Shown in pieces: positions 45,619 through 55,175 of a stretch of DNA of 64,000 nucleotides. The number at the start of each line of letters is the position of its first letter. The first letter of the stretch is position 1. The translations under genes were made by a program, and so were the position numbers. The notes under the pieces are model-generated. The model ran no database searches, was not told the DNA's origin, and worked only from the letters and a program-made list of their open reading frames with translations. The stretch spans positions 5,679 through 69,678 of the forward strand of contig CAITYF010000159.1 in assembly GCA_903896545.1 (NCBI GenBank), read 5' to 3'. The DNA is from an uncultured Myxococcales bacterium (GTDB lineage: Bacteria > Myxococcota_A > UBA9042).

Positions 45619-47865
45619 CTAGCGAAGCAGGTACGCGCCGGCATTCCACACGATGCCTTCCAGCTGCGGGCCTTCCTCGTGGGTGCGAATCTGAAAATCC
45701 TTCCACACTTTGCCGAGATTGACGTACTTGGTCAGCGGACCATCCACCTGGCCGTTGCTGACGTAAGCCACGCTGTCGTAGGGCGGCTGAAGCGCGTCGT
45801 TCGGACCTGCACAGAATGCGCCGAAGTGCTGCATCCCGTAGCAGTCCGTCGTCAAATCATAGGTATTCTTGGCGTTGGGTGAGTAGCCCGTGAGCACGAT
45901 GCCCTCGAACCGCAGTTCGCTGTAGGCCATCCAGTTGCCGACCGGGCGATCGGCGATACAGAGGTGGCCGTAGCCGGGTGCGCCGTCAAATCCGTCCCAC
46001 GCGCGCAGTTCGGAGTCGGTCAGGATGCACTTGCCCTGCGTCGGCGACGGATTGTGGATGACGAGGAGCTGCTGCGCCCACGCGTTGTCGATGCGCAACC
46101 AGCCGCCACCGTACACGTCCATGTCGCAAAGGACCTGATACGCCACGCCGCCGCCGGGGCCATCTGGATCGAGCCAGTAGGTGCCAGTCTTGGCGTTCGG
46201 CCACGTCTGGTGAATCTGCTTGCACGATGTGGCGGGCTGGACGTCCGAGCCCCACGCACACTGTCCGCCCTGACAGACGCCGATGTCGCCGCACGGCGTG
46301 CCGTCTGGAAGCGGCGTCACCATGCAGCCGATCTTGCCATTGCACGTGTCCAACGTGCAGACGTTCTTGTCGTCGCACGTGATGGGTTGGCCTACACAAG
46401 TGCCGCTGGAGCACTGATCTCCGGTTGTGCACACGGTGCCGTCGTCGCAGGCGAACGCGTTTGGGACAGCGATGCACCCTTTCTGACTGTCGCAGACATC
46501 GGTTGTGCACGCGTTGAAGTCGTCGCAAGTTGTCGTCGCACCGGTGCAGCCCTTGGCGTTGCATGTGTCGTTGACGGTGCAAGCGTTGGCGTCGTCGCAC
46601 GGCTGACTTGATGGCGTGTGCGTGCATCCCGATGCCGCGGAGCACGTGTCCAAGGTGCACACGTCTTGATCCGCGCAAGCCAGTAGCCCCTTGCCGAAGC
46701 ACTTTCCGCCCTGACAGGTGTCGCCTGTTGTGCAAACGTTGCCGTCATCACACGGTGCGGTATTGGGCAGAAACACGCATCCCTGCGTGGGGACACAGCT
46801 GTCTGTCGTACACAGGTTGCCGTCGTTGCAGGGAAGCGGCTTGCCGGGTGCACACGCGCCCTTTGTGCACGTGTCGCTGTAGGTGCACGGGTTGCCGTCC
46901 TCGCAGGCCAGCGTATTGGGAACGGACGTGCAACCCTTTCCCGCGGCGCAGGTTTCGTTTGTGCAGGGATTGCCGTCGTCGCACGGCAGGGCACTGACGG
47001 GCTGACAGACGCTGCCCTTGCAGGTGTCCCCCACGCTGCACGCGTTACCGTCGTCACACGCGTGGCTGTTCGCGGAAAATGTGCAGCCGGTTGCCGGTTT
47101 GCACGTGTCGTCCGTGCACGGGTTGTTGTCCACGCAGCCAAGCGGCATTCCCGCGACGCACACCGATTCGGAGCAGGTGTCGCCGACCGTGCAGACATCG
47201 CCGTCTGAACAGGCCACGCCGTTGGCGACAAACACGCAGCCCGTTTTCACTTCGCAGGTGTCGGTTGTGCACGGGTTCTGGTCATCGCACGTCTTCCCGC
47301 CGCCTCCTGCACACGCACCGTCCTGGCAAGCGTCTTGGGCTGTACACGCGTTTCCGTCCTCGCAGGCCTGCGTGTTCGCGTGGTGCGCGCAACTGCCGGT
47401 GCCTGCGCAGGTGTCGTCCGTACACGGATTGCCGTCGTCACAAAGCCCTTCGTCCGTGACGCCGTCGCAGTTGTCGTCGATGCCGTTGCAGCTTTCCTTC
47501 AAGCGCGGCGTGATCGTGCACGGATCCACGCAGTTGAGCGCCGCGCCGTTGACGCTCAGACAGACGCCGATCGCGCAGTTCTTGTTGGTTCCGCAAGGGC
47601 ATCCCAAGTTGCCGGGACAGAGCGGCCCCGGCACGTCGGGGTACGTCACATCGAAGGCGTCTTTGGTCCACGTGACGTCGTCACTCGGCGCGTCGAAGTC
47701 GCCCACGCTGACGTCGTCTCCGGGATTGATTGCCAGCACGCCGTAAGTTTGCGGTCCGATCGGGGCGTCGACGCGACATCCGGCCGACACGACCACGCAC
47801 ACGCACGCCAACCATGCGGCGTTCACCCGGCGTGCTGAAGTCCAGTGCGTGACGCCTGCCTGCAT
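45619..47865 (-). CDS. Cys-rich repeat lipoprotein with C-terminal fibrinogen-like domain
   Basis: Lipobox SAGC; many CDDGNxCTxDxC repeats; ATSCKQI...GTYWLDPDG...VLCDM...GGGW. Confidence 0.85.
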   Translation of the reverse strand: MQAGVTHWTSARRVNAAWLACVCVVVSAGCRVDAPIGPQTYGVLAINPGDDVSVGDFDAPSDDVTWTKDAFDVTYPDVPGPLCPGNLGCPCGTNKNCAIGVCLSVNGAALNCVDPCTITPRLKESCNGIDDNCDGVTDEGLCDDGNPCTDDTCAGTGSCAHHANTQACEDGNACTAQDACQDGACAGGGGKTCDDQNPCTTDTCEVKTGCVFVANGVACSDGDVCTVGDTCSESVCVAGMPLGCVDNNPCTDDTCKPATGCTFSANSHACDDGNACSVGDTCKGSVCQPVSALPCDDGNPCTNETCAAGKGCTSVPNTLACEDGNPCTYSDTCTKGACAPGKPLPCNDGNLCTTDSCVPTQGCVFLPNTAPCDDGNVCTTGDTCQGGKCFGKGLLACADQDVCTLDTCSAASGCTHTPSSQPCDDANACTVNDTCNAKGCTGATTTCDDFNACTTDVCDSQKGCIAVPNAFACDDGTVCTTGDQCSSGTCVGQPITCDDKNVCTLDTCNGKIGCMVTPLPDGTPCGDIGVCQGGQCAWGSDVQPATSCKQIHQTWPNAKTGTYWLDPDGPGGGVAYQVLCDMDVYGGGWLRIDNAWAQQLLVIHNPSPTQGKCILTDSELRAWDGFDGAPGYGHLCIADRPVGNWMAYSELRFEGIVLTGYSPNAKNTYDLTTDCYGMQHFGAFCAGPNDALQPPYDSVAYVSNGQVDGPLTKYVNLGKVWKDFQIRTHEEGPQLEGIVWNAGAYLLR

Positions 47866-47964
47866 GGAGTCATCTTGCCAGATTGTTCGCAAACGTCCAC
47901 GCCGTGCGCGGCGTCGGCACTGGGGAGTGGCTGTGCACGTGTGAAAGCGATCTGTGTGCGTCGC

Positions 47965-48798
47965 TTATTCCTGGCTACTGATCGACATTGCACGCTGAAG
48001 TGCAACGCGGACAAGTTGCTGCGTCGACGGCGGCACGGCGGGTCCCGGCGAAGTCTTGCAGAGCACCAACGTTCGCCGCAGTGAATCGCACCGACCGCGA
48101 CAACGCGGGCATTGCGCCAGGTGTGTTTCCATCGCGGCACACGTCTCCGCGCGGATGTCGCCTTCCAGGTGGCGACTGTACAAACCGAGCACATCCGGGC
48201 ACGTCGACGTGGAATCGTGCGATGCGTCCGGTGACGCGAGCGCTGGCGCCAACTGCTCCCGGACCGCGAGCCGCGCCCGATGCAGGCGACTCTTGACCGC
48301 TTCGAGCCCAAGTCCCAGCGATTCCGCCACTTCCGGCGCCGAGAGTCCCTCCATGTCGCGCAAGATCAGGACTTCCCGGTACATCGGCGCGAGGCTGGCC
48401 ACCGCGTGATCGATCGCCTCACCCAGTTCGCGATCCGCGAGGTTCGCGTCTGGACGCGGGTGATCGTCTGCCAGCTCAGCAGACGCTGCGGAATTCGGAT
48501 CGTCCAGAGACGTGTCTGCCCGCCGGACGGTGCGCCCGCGCCGCCTCTGCTTGATGCAGAAGCTCCGCGCGATGGTGTACAGCCAAGTGGAAACCGACGA
48601 TTCGGCGCGAAAATTCGGCAAGGTGCGTGCGGCGGCGATGAGCGTTTCCTGCACGACCTCTTCGGCGTCCGCAGTGTTGTGGCACATGCGTCCGGCAAAG
48701 CGGCCCAAGCGCGGAACGTACGTGGTCAACAGGCGTTCAATCGCGCGGCGGTCGCCGGCTTGTGCGGCGATGAGGAGGTCTTTCTCGCTGAGTTCCAT
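47965..48798 (-). CDS. ECF sigma factor with fused C-terminal zinc-finger (ZAS-type) domain
   Basis: Sigma2 (DAEEVVQET, STWLYTIARS), sigma4 (AVKSRLHRAR), C-terminal C...HLAQCPRC. Confidence 0.9.
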   Translation of the reverse strand: MELSEKDLLIAAQAGDRRAIERLLTTYVPRLGRFAGRMCHNTADAEEVVQETLIAAARTLPNFRAESSVSTWLYTIARSFCIKQRRRGRTVRRADTSLDDPNSAASAELADDHPRPDANLADRELGEAIDHAVASLAPMYREVLILRDMEGLSAPEVAESLGLGLEAVKSRLHRARLAVREQLAPALASPDASHDSTSTCPDVLGLYSRHLEGDIRAETCAAMETHLAQCPRCRGRCDSLRRTLVLCKTSPGPAVPPSTQQLVRVALQRAMSISSQE

Positions 48799-48940
48799 GG
48801 GCGTTCTCCAGCCGACAGCATAGGAGCGCGCCCGTGCCCTGTCACGGTTCCTGTGCAAAACATCCGGTTGTGAACCGATCTTGCGGGTTGCGGCTCAGAA
48901 GTGATGTGCCCACTGTTGGGACCCACTTGAGGAGTTCACC

Positions 48941-49108
48941 ATGTGCCGTCGAGTCACCTGCCCGCAATGCGGCAAACCCACTTTTGCCGGTTGCGGCGCC
49001 CACATTGAACAAGTCCTAGGCGATGTTCCGCCGGCCAAGCGCTGCAAGTGCGGTGAAGAAGCGCCAGCGCCGCGGGATCCGCAGGCGAGCAATGGCGGGG
49101 CCAAGTAA
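48941..49108 (+). CDS. 55-aa Cys-rich microprotein (not in the ORF track)
   Basis: GAGGAG RBS; MCRRVTCPQCGKPTFAGCGAHIEQVLGDVPPAKRCKC...; its TAA overlaps the next ATG (TAATG). Confidence 0.8.
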   Translation: MCRRVTCPQCGKPTFAGCGAHIEQVLGDVPPAKRCKCGEEAPAPRDPQASNGGAK

Positions 49109-50775
49109 TGCAGACGCAACCCAGCAGACGGATCGTGATTATCGGCGGTGTCGCTGGCGGCGCCGCGGCTGCGGCCAAGGCGCGGCGTACGGACGAACAC
49201 GCGCAGATCGTGATGTTCGAGCGCGGTCCGCACGTCTCGTTCGCCAACTGCGGACTGCCGTACTACGTCGGTGGCGACATCACGGACCGCGCATCGCTCC
49301 TGCTGCAAACGCCGGAGAGCTTCTGGCGGCGGTTCCGGGTTCGCGTTCAAGTGCGCCACGAAGTGCTGAACATCGACCGCGTGGCGAAGTGCGTCGACGT
49401 GCGCAATTTGGAAACCGGTGACGTTTTTCAGGAGTTCTACGACGCGCTCGTGCTGTCGCCTGGCGCGGGCGCGATCGTGCCGAACTTGGCAGGTTTACCG
49501 GCGAAGAACGTCTTCGTGGTCAAGACCGTGCCGGATTCCGACGCGGTCCGCACGTGGCTGGACGCGCAGAAGCCGACGCACGCGGTTGTCGTGGGCGCGG
49601 GTTTCATCGGTCTGGAGACGGCCGAGGCGCTGCACCAGCGTGGGTTGCATGTCACCGTTGTCGAGCTTCAACCGCAGGTGCTGCCTGCCTTGGATGCCGA
49701 CATGGCCGAGTACGTCGCACGCCGGTTGCGTGATCGCGGCGTCGATCTGGTCCTTGGTGACGGCATCGCTGGAGTCGAGACGGACGGAGCGGAAGTCGTG
49801 ACTGGAGTGCGCCTCGCCAGCGGCATCGTGCTTCCGGCGGGAATCGTCGTGCTGTCGATCGGTGTGCGCCCCGAACTCAAGCTGGCCACGGACGCGGGCT
49901 TGGAGATTGGCACTGCCGGTGGCATTGCCGTCAACGAGCGCCAACAGACCTCTGATCCGAGTATTTTCGCCGCGGGTGACGCGGTGGAAGTTGTTCAGCG
50001 GGTGACGGGCCTGAAAGTCCGCATGCCGCTGGCGGGACCCGCGAGCAAGCAAGGCCGTGTAGCCGGTGCGAACGCGGCGGGTGGCGACCTGCAGTTTCCG
50101 GGTGCATTTGGCACCTCGATTCTGGGCACGATGGGGATTTCCGCCGGTCGCACAGGCCTTTCGGAGCGCGACGCCAAGGCGTTGGGCATGGACGTGCTCA
50201 TCACGCACACCCACAACTTTGATCACGCGAGCTACTACCCTGGCGCGCTCATGCTGCACATCAAGCTGATCACCGACGCAAAGACCGGTCGCCTGCTGGG
50301 TGGTCAAGTCGTGGGCGACAGCGGCGTCGACAAGCGCCTCGACGTGCTTGCGACGGCGCTGCAGGCCAGAATGCACGTCGATGAACTGGAAGAGCTTGAT
50401 CTCGCCTACGCGCCGCAGTTCTCGTCGGCCCGCGACCCGGTCATCATGGCAGGACTCGTCGCGGCGAATGCCCTGCGCAACGGGCTCGACGTCATTACCT
50501 GTCCGGTGCTGCGTGAGCGGATCGGCGCGGGTGAAACGATCCGGGTCGTGGATGTGCGCACACCGAGTGAGTTTGCCAGTGGGCATCTGCCCAATGCGGT
50601 GAACATTCCCGTGGACGAACTTCGCGATCGCCTGACGGAGCTCGATCCGACCGTGCAGACCGTGGTGTACTGCAAGGTCGGCTTCCGCGGCTACTTGGCG
50701 GCGCGCATCCTGCAGCAAAATGGCTTTGGCCAGGTCAAGAACCTGACCGGCGGTTTCCTCACTTGTGACCTGTAA
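49108..50775 (+). CDS. CoA-disulfide/persulfide reductase with C-terminal rhodanese domain (CoADR-RHD/Npsr-like)
   Basis: GGVAGG FAD motif, SFANCGLPY, GAGFIGLE, LAYAPQFS, rhodanese DVR...GHLPNA...YCKVGFRG. Confidence 0.93.
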   Translation: MQTQPSRRIVIIGGVAGGAAAAAKARRTDEHAQIVMFERGPHVSFANCGLPYYVGGDITDRASLLLQTPESFWRRFRVRVQVRHEVLNIDRVAKCVDVRNLETGDVFQEFYDALVLSPGAGAIVPNLAGLPAKNVFVVKTVPDSDAVRTWLDAQKPTHAVVVGAGFIGLETAEALHQRGLHVTVVELQPQVLPALDADMAEYVARRLRDRGVDLVLGDGIAGVETDGAEVVTGVRLASGIVLPAGIVVLSIGVRPELKLATDAGLEIGTAGGIAVNERQQTSDPSIFAAGDAVEVVQRVTGLKVRMPLAGPASKQGRVAGANAAGGDLQFPGAFGTSILGTMGISAGRTGLSERDAKALGMDVLITHTHNFDHASYYPGALMLHIKLITDAKTGRLLGGQVVGDSGVDKRLDVLATALQARMHVDELEELDLAYAPQFSSARDPVIMAGLVAANALRNGLDVITCPVLRERIGAGETIRVVDVRTPSEFASGHLPNAVNIPVDELRDRLTELDPTVQTVVYCKVGFRGYLAARILQQNGFGQVKNLTGGFLTCDL

Positions 50776-50848
50776 AAACCTGAATCGTTTTGGGCAACTA
50801 CGACACGTAAACAACAAAAGCTGGCAACAGCAAGAGGAAGTTTTGTCC

Positions 50849-51229
50849 ATGAAACCAGTAGAACTTCACGCGGACTCATTTCACGCCACCGTTGCCAAGC
50901 CCGGCATCCTGCTCGTCGATTGGTGGGCGACCTGGTGCGGTCCCTGCCGCGCCTTCGCGCCGATCTTTGAGAAGGCGGCCGCGGCGCACCCCGGCGTGGT
51001 CTTCGGCAAGGTCGACACGGACGCCGAGCAAGGTCTCGCGGGGCAGTTTGGCATCCAGTCCATTCCGACGCTGATGATCTTCCGCGACGGCATTTTGCTC
51101 TTCGCTCAGCCTGGCGTTGTGCCTTTGCAGGCGCTGCACGACCTGATCAAGCAGGCTGAAGCGCTGGACATGGACCAGGTCCGGCGTGAAGTGGCGGCAG
51201 CGAACGCACAAGCGGGAGGCGGACAATGA
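50849..51229 (+). CDS. trxA: Thioredoxin
   Basis: DWWATWCGPCR, IQSIPTL; GAGGA RBS. Confidence 0.9.
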   Translation: MKPVELHADSFHATVAKPGILLVDWWATWCGPCRAFAPIFEKAAAAHPGVVFGKVDTDAEQGLAGQFGIQSIPTLMIFRDGILLFAQPGVVPLQALHDLIKQAEALDMDQVRREVAAANAQAGGGQ

Positions 51230-51384
51230 CCTGGTACCTCGCAGGAAGTACGGTTCTGGGCGCCGGCCTTGGCTTCGCGTATCAGCGCATCGTCGGGTGC
51301 CGGAGCGGCGTCTGTCTCATCACGAGCAACCGCTACACGGCAACGCTTTACGGCGCGGTCATGGGCTACTTGTTGGCGCGGTGA
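51226..51384 (+). CDS. 52-aa membrane microprotein, DUF6132-like (not in the ORF track)
   Basis: MTWYLAGSTVLGAGLGFAYQRIVGCRSGVCLITSNRYTATLYGAVMGYLLAR; GCxSGxCxITS motif between two hydrophobic helices; ATGA overlap with the trx stop; GGAGG RBS. Confidence 0.8.
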   Translation: MTWYLAGSTVLGAGLGFAYQRIVGCRSGVCLITSNRYTATLYGAVMGYLLAR

Positions 51385-51889
51385 GCGTCGGCACGCGCGG
51401 AAGTGTCACGGGGATCGCGTAGTCGCTTGTCGCGGGTGTGGTCAGCTCGCCAGCAGACGGCGCAAGTTCCGTCCGTTTAAGGACCGGCAAGTTTGTTCGC
51501 CTATCGTCAAACGCGCTGTTCGATCGGTTCCAGTTGATGAGGCCATCGGCCAACAAGATGATGCCCGGCACCGCGTAGATCGTGCCCAGGGCTGTGAAAA
51601 CAACGCGCACTTCGGGTTGATTGGAGGTGTTGCCCACCGCAAACAGCATGCCACCCGTGAGCGCGATCACGCCGCCGATGACCGCCTCGATATTGCCTGG
51701 ATGGTCCACGTCCGTGATGTTCTTGCGCGGAATGCGGACGATGCGGCCATCCTCGGTTTCCACGTAGATGTGGGTCGCGCTGCCGCCCAGAATCGTCGTT
51801 TCCAAGTCGGGCGCGTTGTGTCGGTACACGGTCGCGCTGGAGCACGCGTACGCGACGAGGCACAGGAGGCTGAGGAAGAGTCGCTTCAT
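51359..51889 (-). CDS. Hypothetical lipoprotein with hydrophobic hairpin
   Basis: Lipobox AYAC; similar to the upstream neighbour. Confidence 0.7.
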   Translation of the reverse strand: MKRLFLSLLCLVAYACSSATVYRHNAPDLETTILGGSATHIYVETEDGRIVRIPRKNITDVDHPGNIEAVIGGVIALTGGMLFAVGNTSNQPEVRVVFTALGTIYAVPGIILLADGLINWNRSNSAFDDRRTNLPVLKRTELAPSAGELTTPATSDYAIPVTLPRVPTLTAPTSSP

Positions 51890-52266
51890 CGGTGTGGCTC
51901 CGGTCCGGCGTCAACTTCCTCTTCAAACGGCACATCCAGAAGCGCGGCATTGCCGCCATCGGTCGAGTCGAGTGCGTTCACATCGCCCACCCACTGCAGG
52001 ACGCCCAGAGGCGCCATCAGCAACAAGCCGTAGCCGGTCAGCGGTGACCACAGGATCGTCCGCAGACCACCCAGCCGCGTTCCTGAGACGCTCTGACGGG
52101 GAATCCGAAACTGCTGGCCTTCGCTGTTGGCGATGACCACGTGCGTGGGCGTGCCATGGCGCACGTCGCCGATCACCGTCGCCTGGCCGTTGCGGTAAAG
52201 AATCGACGAACACGCGGCGTTGGCCAACGTGAGCGCGATGAGCAGAATCGGGACAACGCGTGGCAC
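51886..52266 (-). CDS. Hypothetical lipoprotein, probable paralog of the 51359-51889 gene
   Basis: GGAG RBS plus GTG; NAAC; shared CSS..YR...TH.....EG....RIPR pattern. Confidence 0.6.
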   Translation of the reverse strand: MPRVVPILLIALTLANAACSSILYRNGQATVIGDVRHGTPTHVVIANSEGQQFRIPRQSVSGTRLGGLRTILWSPLTGYGLLLMAPLGVLQWVGDVNALDSTDGGNAALLDVPFEEEVDAGPEPHR

Positions 52267-52335
52267 GTCTGGACTCCGTATTGGCAACTCCGGCAACTCT
52301 AGCAAATGCACAGGCCAAACGTCACGCGTCTGCCG

Positions 52336-55071
52336 TCACTGACACGTCGTTGCGATGTTGTCGATCGCAAAACCGCCGCCGTGGTTCAACTTGTCGTCCT
52401 TGGTCGTAAACAGCAGTTTGAGCTCCACCGTTTTGCCCCACCACGCCGTCGGCACGCTAAAGCTGTGCTGGGGCGTCCAGAGCGTGGAAAAATCGTTGTT
52501 CGGGTTCAAGTTCAAGACCACCGTGCCATTGACGGTGAGCAGTAGCGTGTCCCGCGTCGTCGTGCCGGTGATCACTTCTTGACCGTCTGGATTGTAAAAG
52601 TAGTCAAACGTGACGGCCGTCGTGCCCGGCAGGATCAAGACTTTGGTGGAAGCCGCGCTGCCGCTCAAGCCAGAATCGATGTAGTTGCTGCCATCTCCGT
52701 AGCCAAAGCCATGTTGCGATGCGTACTTGGCCCACGTGCCGACGCTCCAACCTGCGCCGACTGTCCAGCCGCCGAACGCGCCTTCAAAATCGGCGATGGT
52801 CGTGGGCACGCAGTTGGCCGGATCGCAGGAGTCGCCGCCGACGCAGTCGTCGTCCAGGCTGTTGCAGATCAACTCCTTGGCGCCGGGATGCACCTCGGCG
52901 TTGGTGTCGTCGCAGTCGGTGCTCTTGGCCACGTAGCCGTTGATCGGCCCGCACAGAATTGCGGACACGACGAGGTTGCCGTAGCCGTCGCCGTCGCTGT
53001 CTTTGTAGTACGTGGCGGACGGCAAGTTTTCGTCCGTCAGCCCGTCGCAGTTGTTGTCCAAAAGGTCGCAGATGTCCGCCGCGCCTGGGTAGACCGCGGT
53101 GTTGGCGTCGTCGCAGTCACCGCCCGCGATCGCCGTGAATTTCGCCTTGGGCGCGCAAAGCGTCTGGCCAAAGCCGTAGCCCCAGCCGTCACCGTCCACG
53201 TCGGCAAAGTACAGGATCAGGACGCCTTCATCGGTCTTGCCATCGCAGTTGTCGTCCAAGCCATTGCACGTTTCGCCCGCACCAGGGTGGATCGCCGCCT
53301 CGTTGTCCGCGCAGTCGCCCGCTTGTGTGACGATGAACACGTCTTCTGGCGTGCACAAACATTGCGTGCCGCCGCTTGCGCCCCAGCCGTCCTTGTCCGT
53401 GTCCGCGTAGTAGGTCACGCAGTCGCCGCTGTTGGCGGGATCGGTCTTGCCGTCACAGTTGTCGTCCAGTCCGTCGCACACTTCTTTGGCGCCTGGGTGC
53501 ACGGTGAAGTTGCTGTCGTCGCAGTCGCCGCTTTGCGGCACGTAGCCGACGATCGCGCCACACAGGCACTTGGCAGCACCTGCGCCGCCCGTGCCGTAAC
53601 CGTCGGCGTCCTTGTCCGGCCAGAAGTTGCTGCAGCCTTCGGAGCCGCCGGGGTCGGTCGCGCCGTCGCAGTTGTCGTCTGCGGCATTGCAACTCTCGAC
53701 CGCGCCGGGGTGAATCGTCGCATCGCCGTCGTTGCAGTCGCCACCGGAGAGCGCGCTGAAGACGCCCACCGCGCTGCACAAGCACTTGGCGTCCGTGGCG
53801 ATGCCAAAGCCGTCGCCGTCCTCGTCGCGCAGGTAGAACTTGCAGCCGCTGGCGTATTCCTCGTCGGTGGTGCCGTCGCAGTTGTTGTCGACGCCGTCGC
53901 ACTGCTCGACCGCGCCCAAATGTACGCTCGCGTTGGTGGGCGCGCAGTCGACCTTGTTCGCCACGCCGTCGCCGTCGCTGTCCGTGTCGATGCAGTCCGC
54001 GATGCCGTCGCCGTCCATATCGCCAAAGCCTTCGTCGGTCTTGCCGTTGCAGTTGTCGTCCACGCCGTTGCAGGGCTCGCTGGGCATCGGATGCACGGTC
54101 GGATCGGTGGCGTTGCAGTCGCCGCCGTTTGTGCTGCTGCCTGCGGGTTGGCTGCAGAAGCAGTGGAGCGCGTCCATCTCGCCGATGCCAAAGCCGTCGC
54201 CATCGCTGTCGGCGTAGTAGAGCTTGCAGCCGTCTGCGCCGGTCTCGTCCGTCGCGCCGTTGCAGTCGTTGTCGACGTTGTCGCCGCAGATTTCCGTGAT
54301 CGCAGCGGGCGCGTCACACGCGCTCAAGCCCGCGGCCAAGCACTTGCGCGCGCCGCTGCACGTGCCGGTCGCGTTGGTCGTGTGGCACGTCGTCGCGGCG
54401 CCGTCGCTGACGGATCGCGGCGAGCAGTCACACGTGCCCGAAGTCTTCACGCACTGCTTGCTCGATCCGCTCGTACCCTTTTGCGCGCTACAGCCGTAGC
54501 CGTTGGGGCAATCGCTGTCGCTGGCGCACAAGCCGCCGCAGAACGCGCCGTCGTTGCCACTGGAGATGCACAGCGCGCCGCCGCTGATGTTGCCGCACTC
54601 GGCGTCGGTGTTGCACGGGCGGCAGAGCGCGGTGAGCTTGGGCATGCAGGCAAAAACCGCGTCGTTGCCGAGGAAAGACGTGCAGGCAAAACCGCTGGGG
54701 CAGCAGGTGACGCACGGGGCGGTGCAGATTTTTCCGCTCGCGGACTCGACGCAGAAGCCGCTGTCGCAGTCATCGGCTTTGCTGCAAGTCGCACCGGGCT
54801 CGCCGGGACCGGGCTTGGCGGGAAAGTCGCAGTTGCCTGTCGCCGTGTCTTTGGCATCTGGCGCTGCGTCCACGGCCGCGTCGGTCGCAGCGTCTGCCGG
54901 CGTTGTGGCATCGGTGCCGCCGCTGTCCAGACCGCCGTCCGGAGCTCCCGCGTCCGCGTCTCCGGTCGTGGGCACGTCGTCCTGACCGCCCGCTGCGGTC
55001 GTCGTCGTGCCGCCACACGCTGTCAGCGCAAAGGCCAGGGCCCACACTTTCCATCGCCCGCCGTTTGCCAC
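52336..55071 (-). CDS. Large Cys/Asp-rich surface lipoprotein with about 8 putative metal-binding (MopE-related) repeats
   Basis: Lipobox LTAC; repeats YxDxDGDGxG...DCxD....HPGAxExCxGxDxNCDGxTD; C-terminal beta-sandwich-like domain. Confidence 0.85.
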   Translation of the reverse strand: MANGGRWKVWALAFALTACGGTTTTAAGGQDDVPTTGDADAGAPDGGLDSGGTDATTPADAATDAAVDAAPDAKDTATGNCDFPAKPGPGEPGATCSKADDCDSGFCVESASGKICTAPCVTCCPSGFACTSFLGNDAVFACMPKLTALCRPCNTDAECGNISGGALCISSGNDGAFCGGLCASDSDCPNGYGCSAQKGTSGSSKQCVKTSGTCDCSPRSVSDGAATTCHTTNATGTCSGARKCLAAGLSACDAPAAITEICGDNVDNDCNGATDETGADGCKLYYADSDGDGFGIGEMDALHCFCSQPAGSSTNGGDCNATDPTVHPMPSEPCNGVDDNCNGKTDEGFGDMDGDGIADCIDTDSDGDGVANKVDCAPTNASVHLGAVEQCDGVDNNCDGTTDEEYASGCKFYLRDEDGDGFGIATDAKCLCSAVGVFSALSGGDCNDGDATIHPGAVESCNAADDNCDGATDPGGSEGCSNFWPDKDADGYGTGGAGAAKCLCGAIVGYVPQSGDCDDSNFTVHPGAKEVCDGLDDNCDGKTDPANSGDCVTYYADTDKDGWGASGGTQCLCTPEDVFIVTQAGDCADNEAAIHPGAGETCNGLDDNCDGKTDEGVLILYFADVDGDGWGYGFGQTLCAPKAKFTAIAGGDCDDANTAVYPGAADICDLLDNNCDGLTDENLPSATYYKDSDGDGYGNLVVSAILCGPINGYVAKSTDCDDTNAEVHPGAKELICNSLDDDCVGGDSCDPANCVPTTIADFEGAFGGWTVGAGWSVGTWAKYASQHGFGYGDGSNYIDSGLSGSAASTKVLILPGTTAVTFDYFYNPDGQEVITGTTTRDTLLLTVNGTVVLNLNPNNDFSTLWTPQHSFSVPTAWWGKTVELKLLFTTKDDKLNHGGGFAIDNIATTCQ

Positions 55072-55175
55072 TGACCACCCGCGTGTGCGCTCGTGCGGCG
55101 CATCGCGTAAGTGTAACAGTGTGCGTTCGACCTGCGAAGATTGACGTGCGTGACGATTCGGCGCATGAAGCGGCC

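Noticed and set aside
46260-47500. Periodic DNA repeats (GTCGTCGCA, GTGCAC) that might suggest a CRISPR array; also 52800-54300
   Set aside because: They are degenerate, in-frame codon repeats of Cys-rich protein motifs, with no identical repeat-spacer structure and no cas genes.
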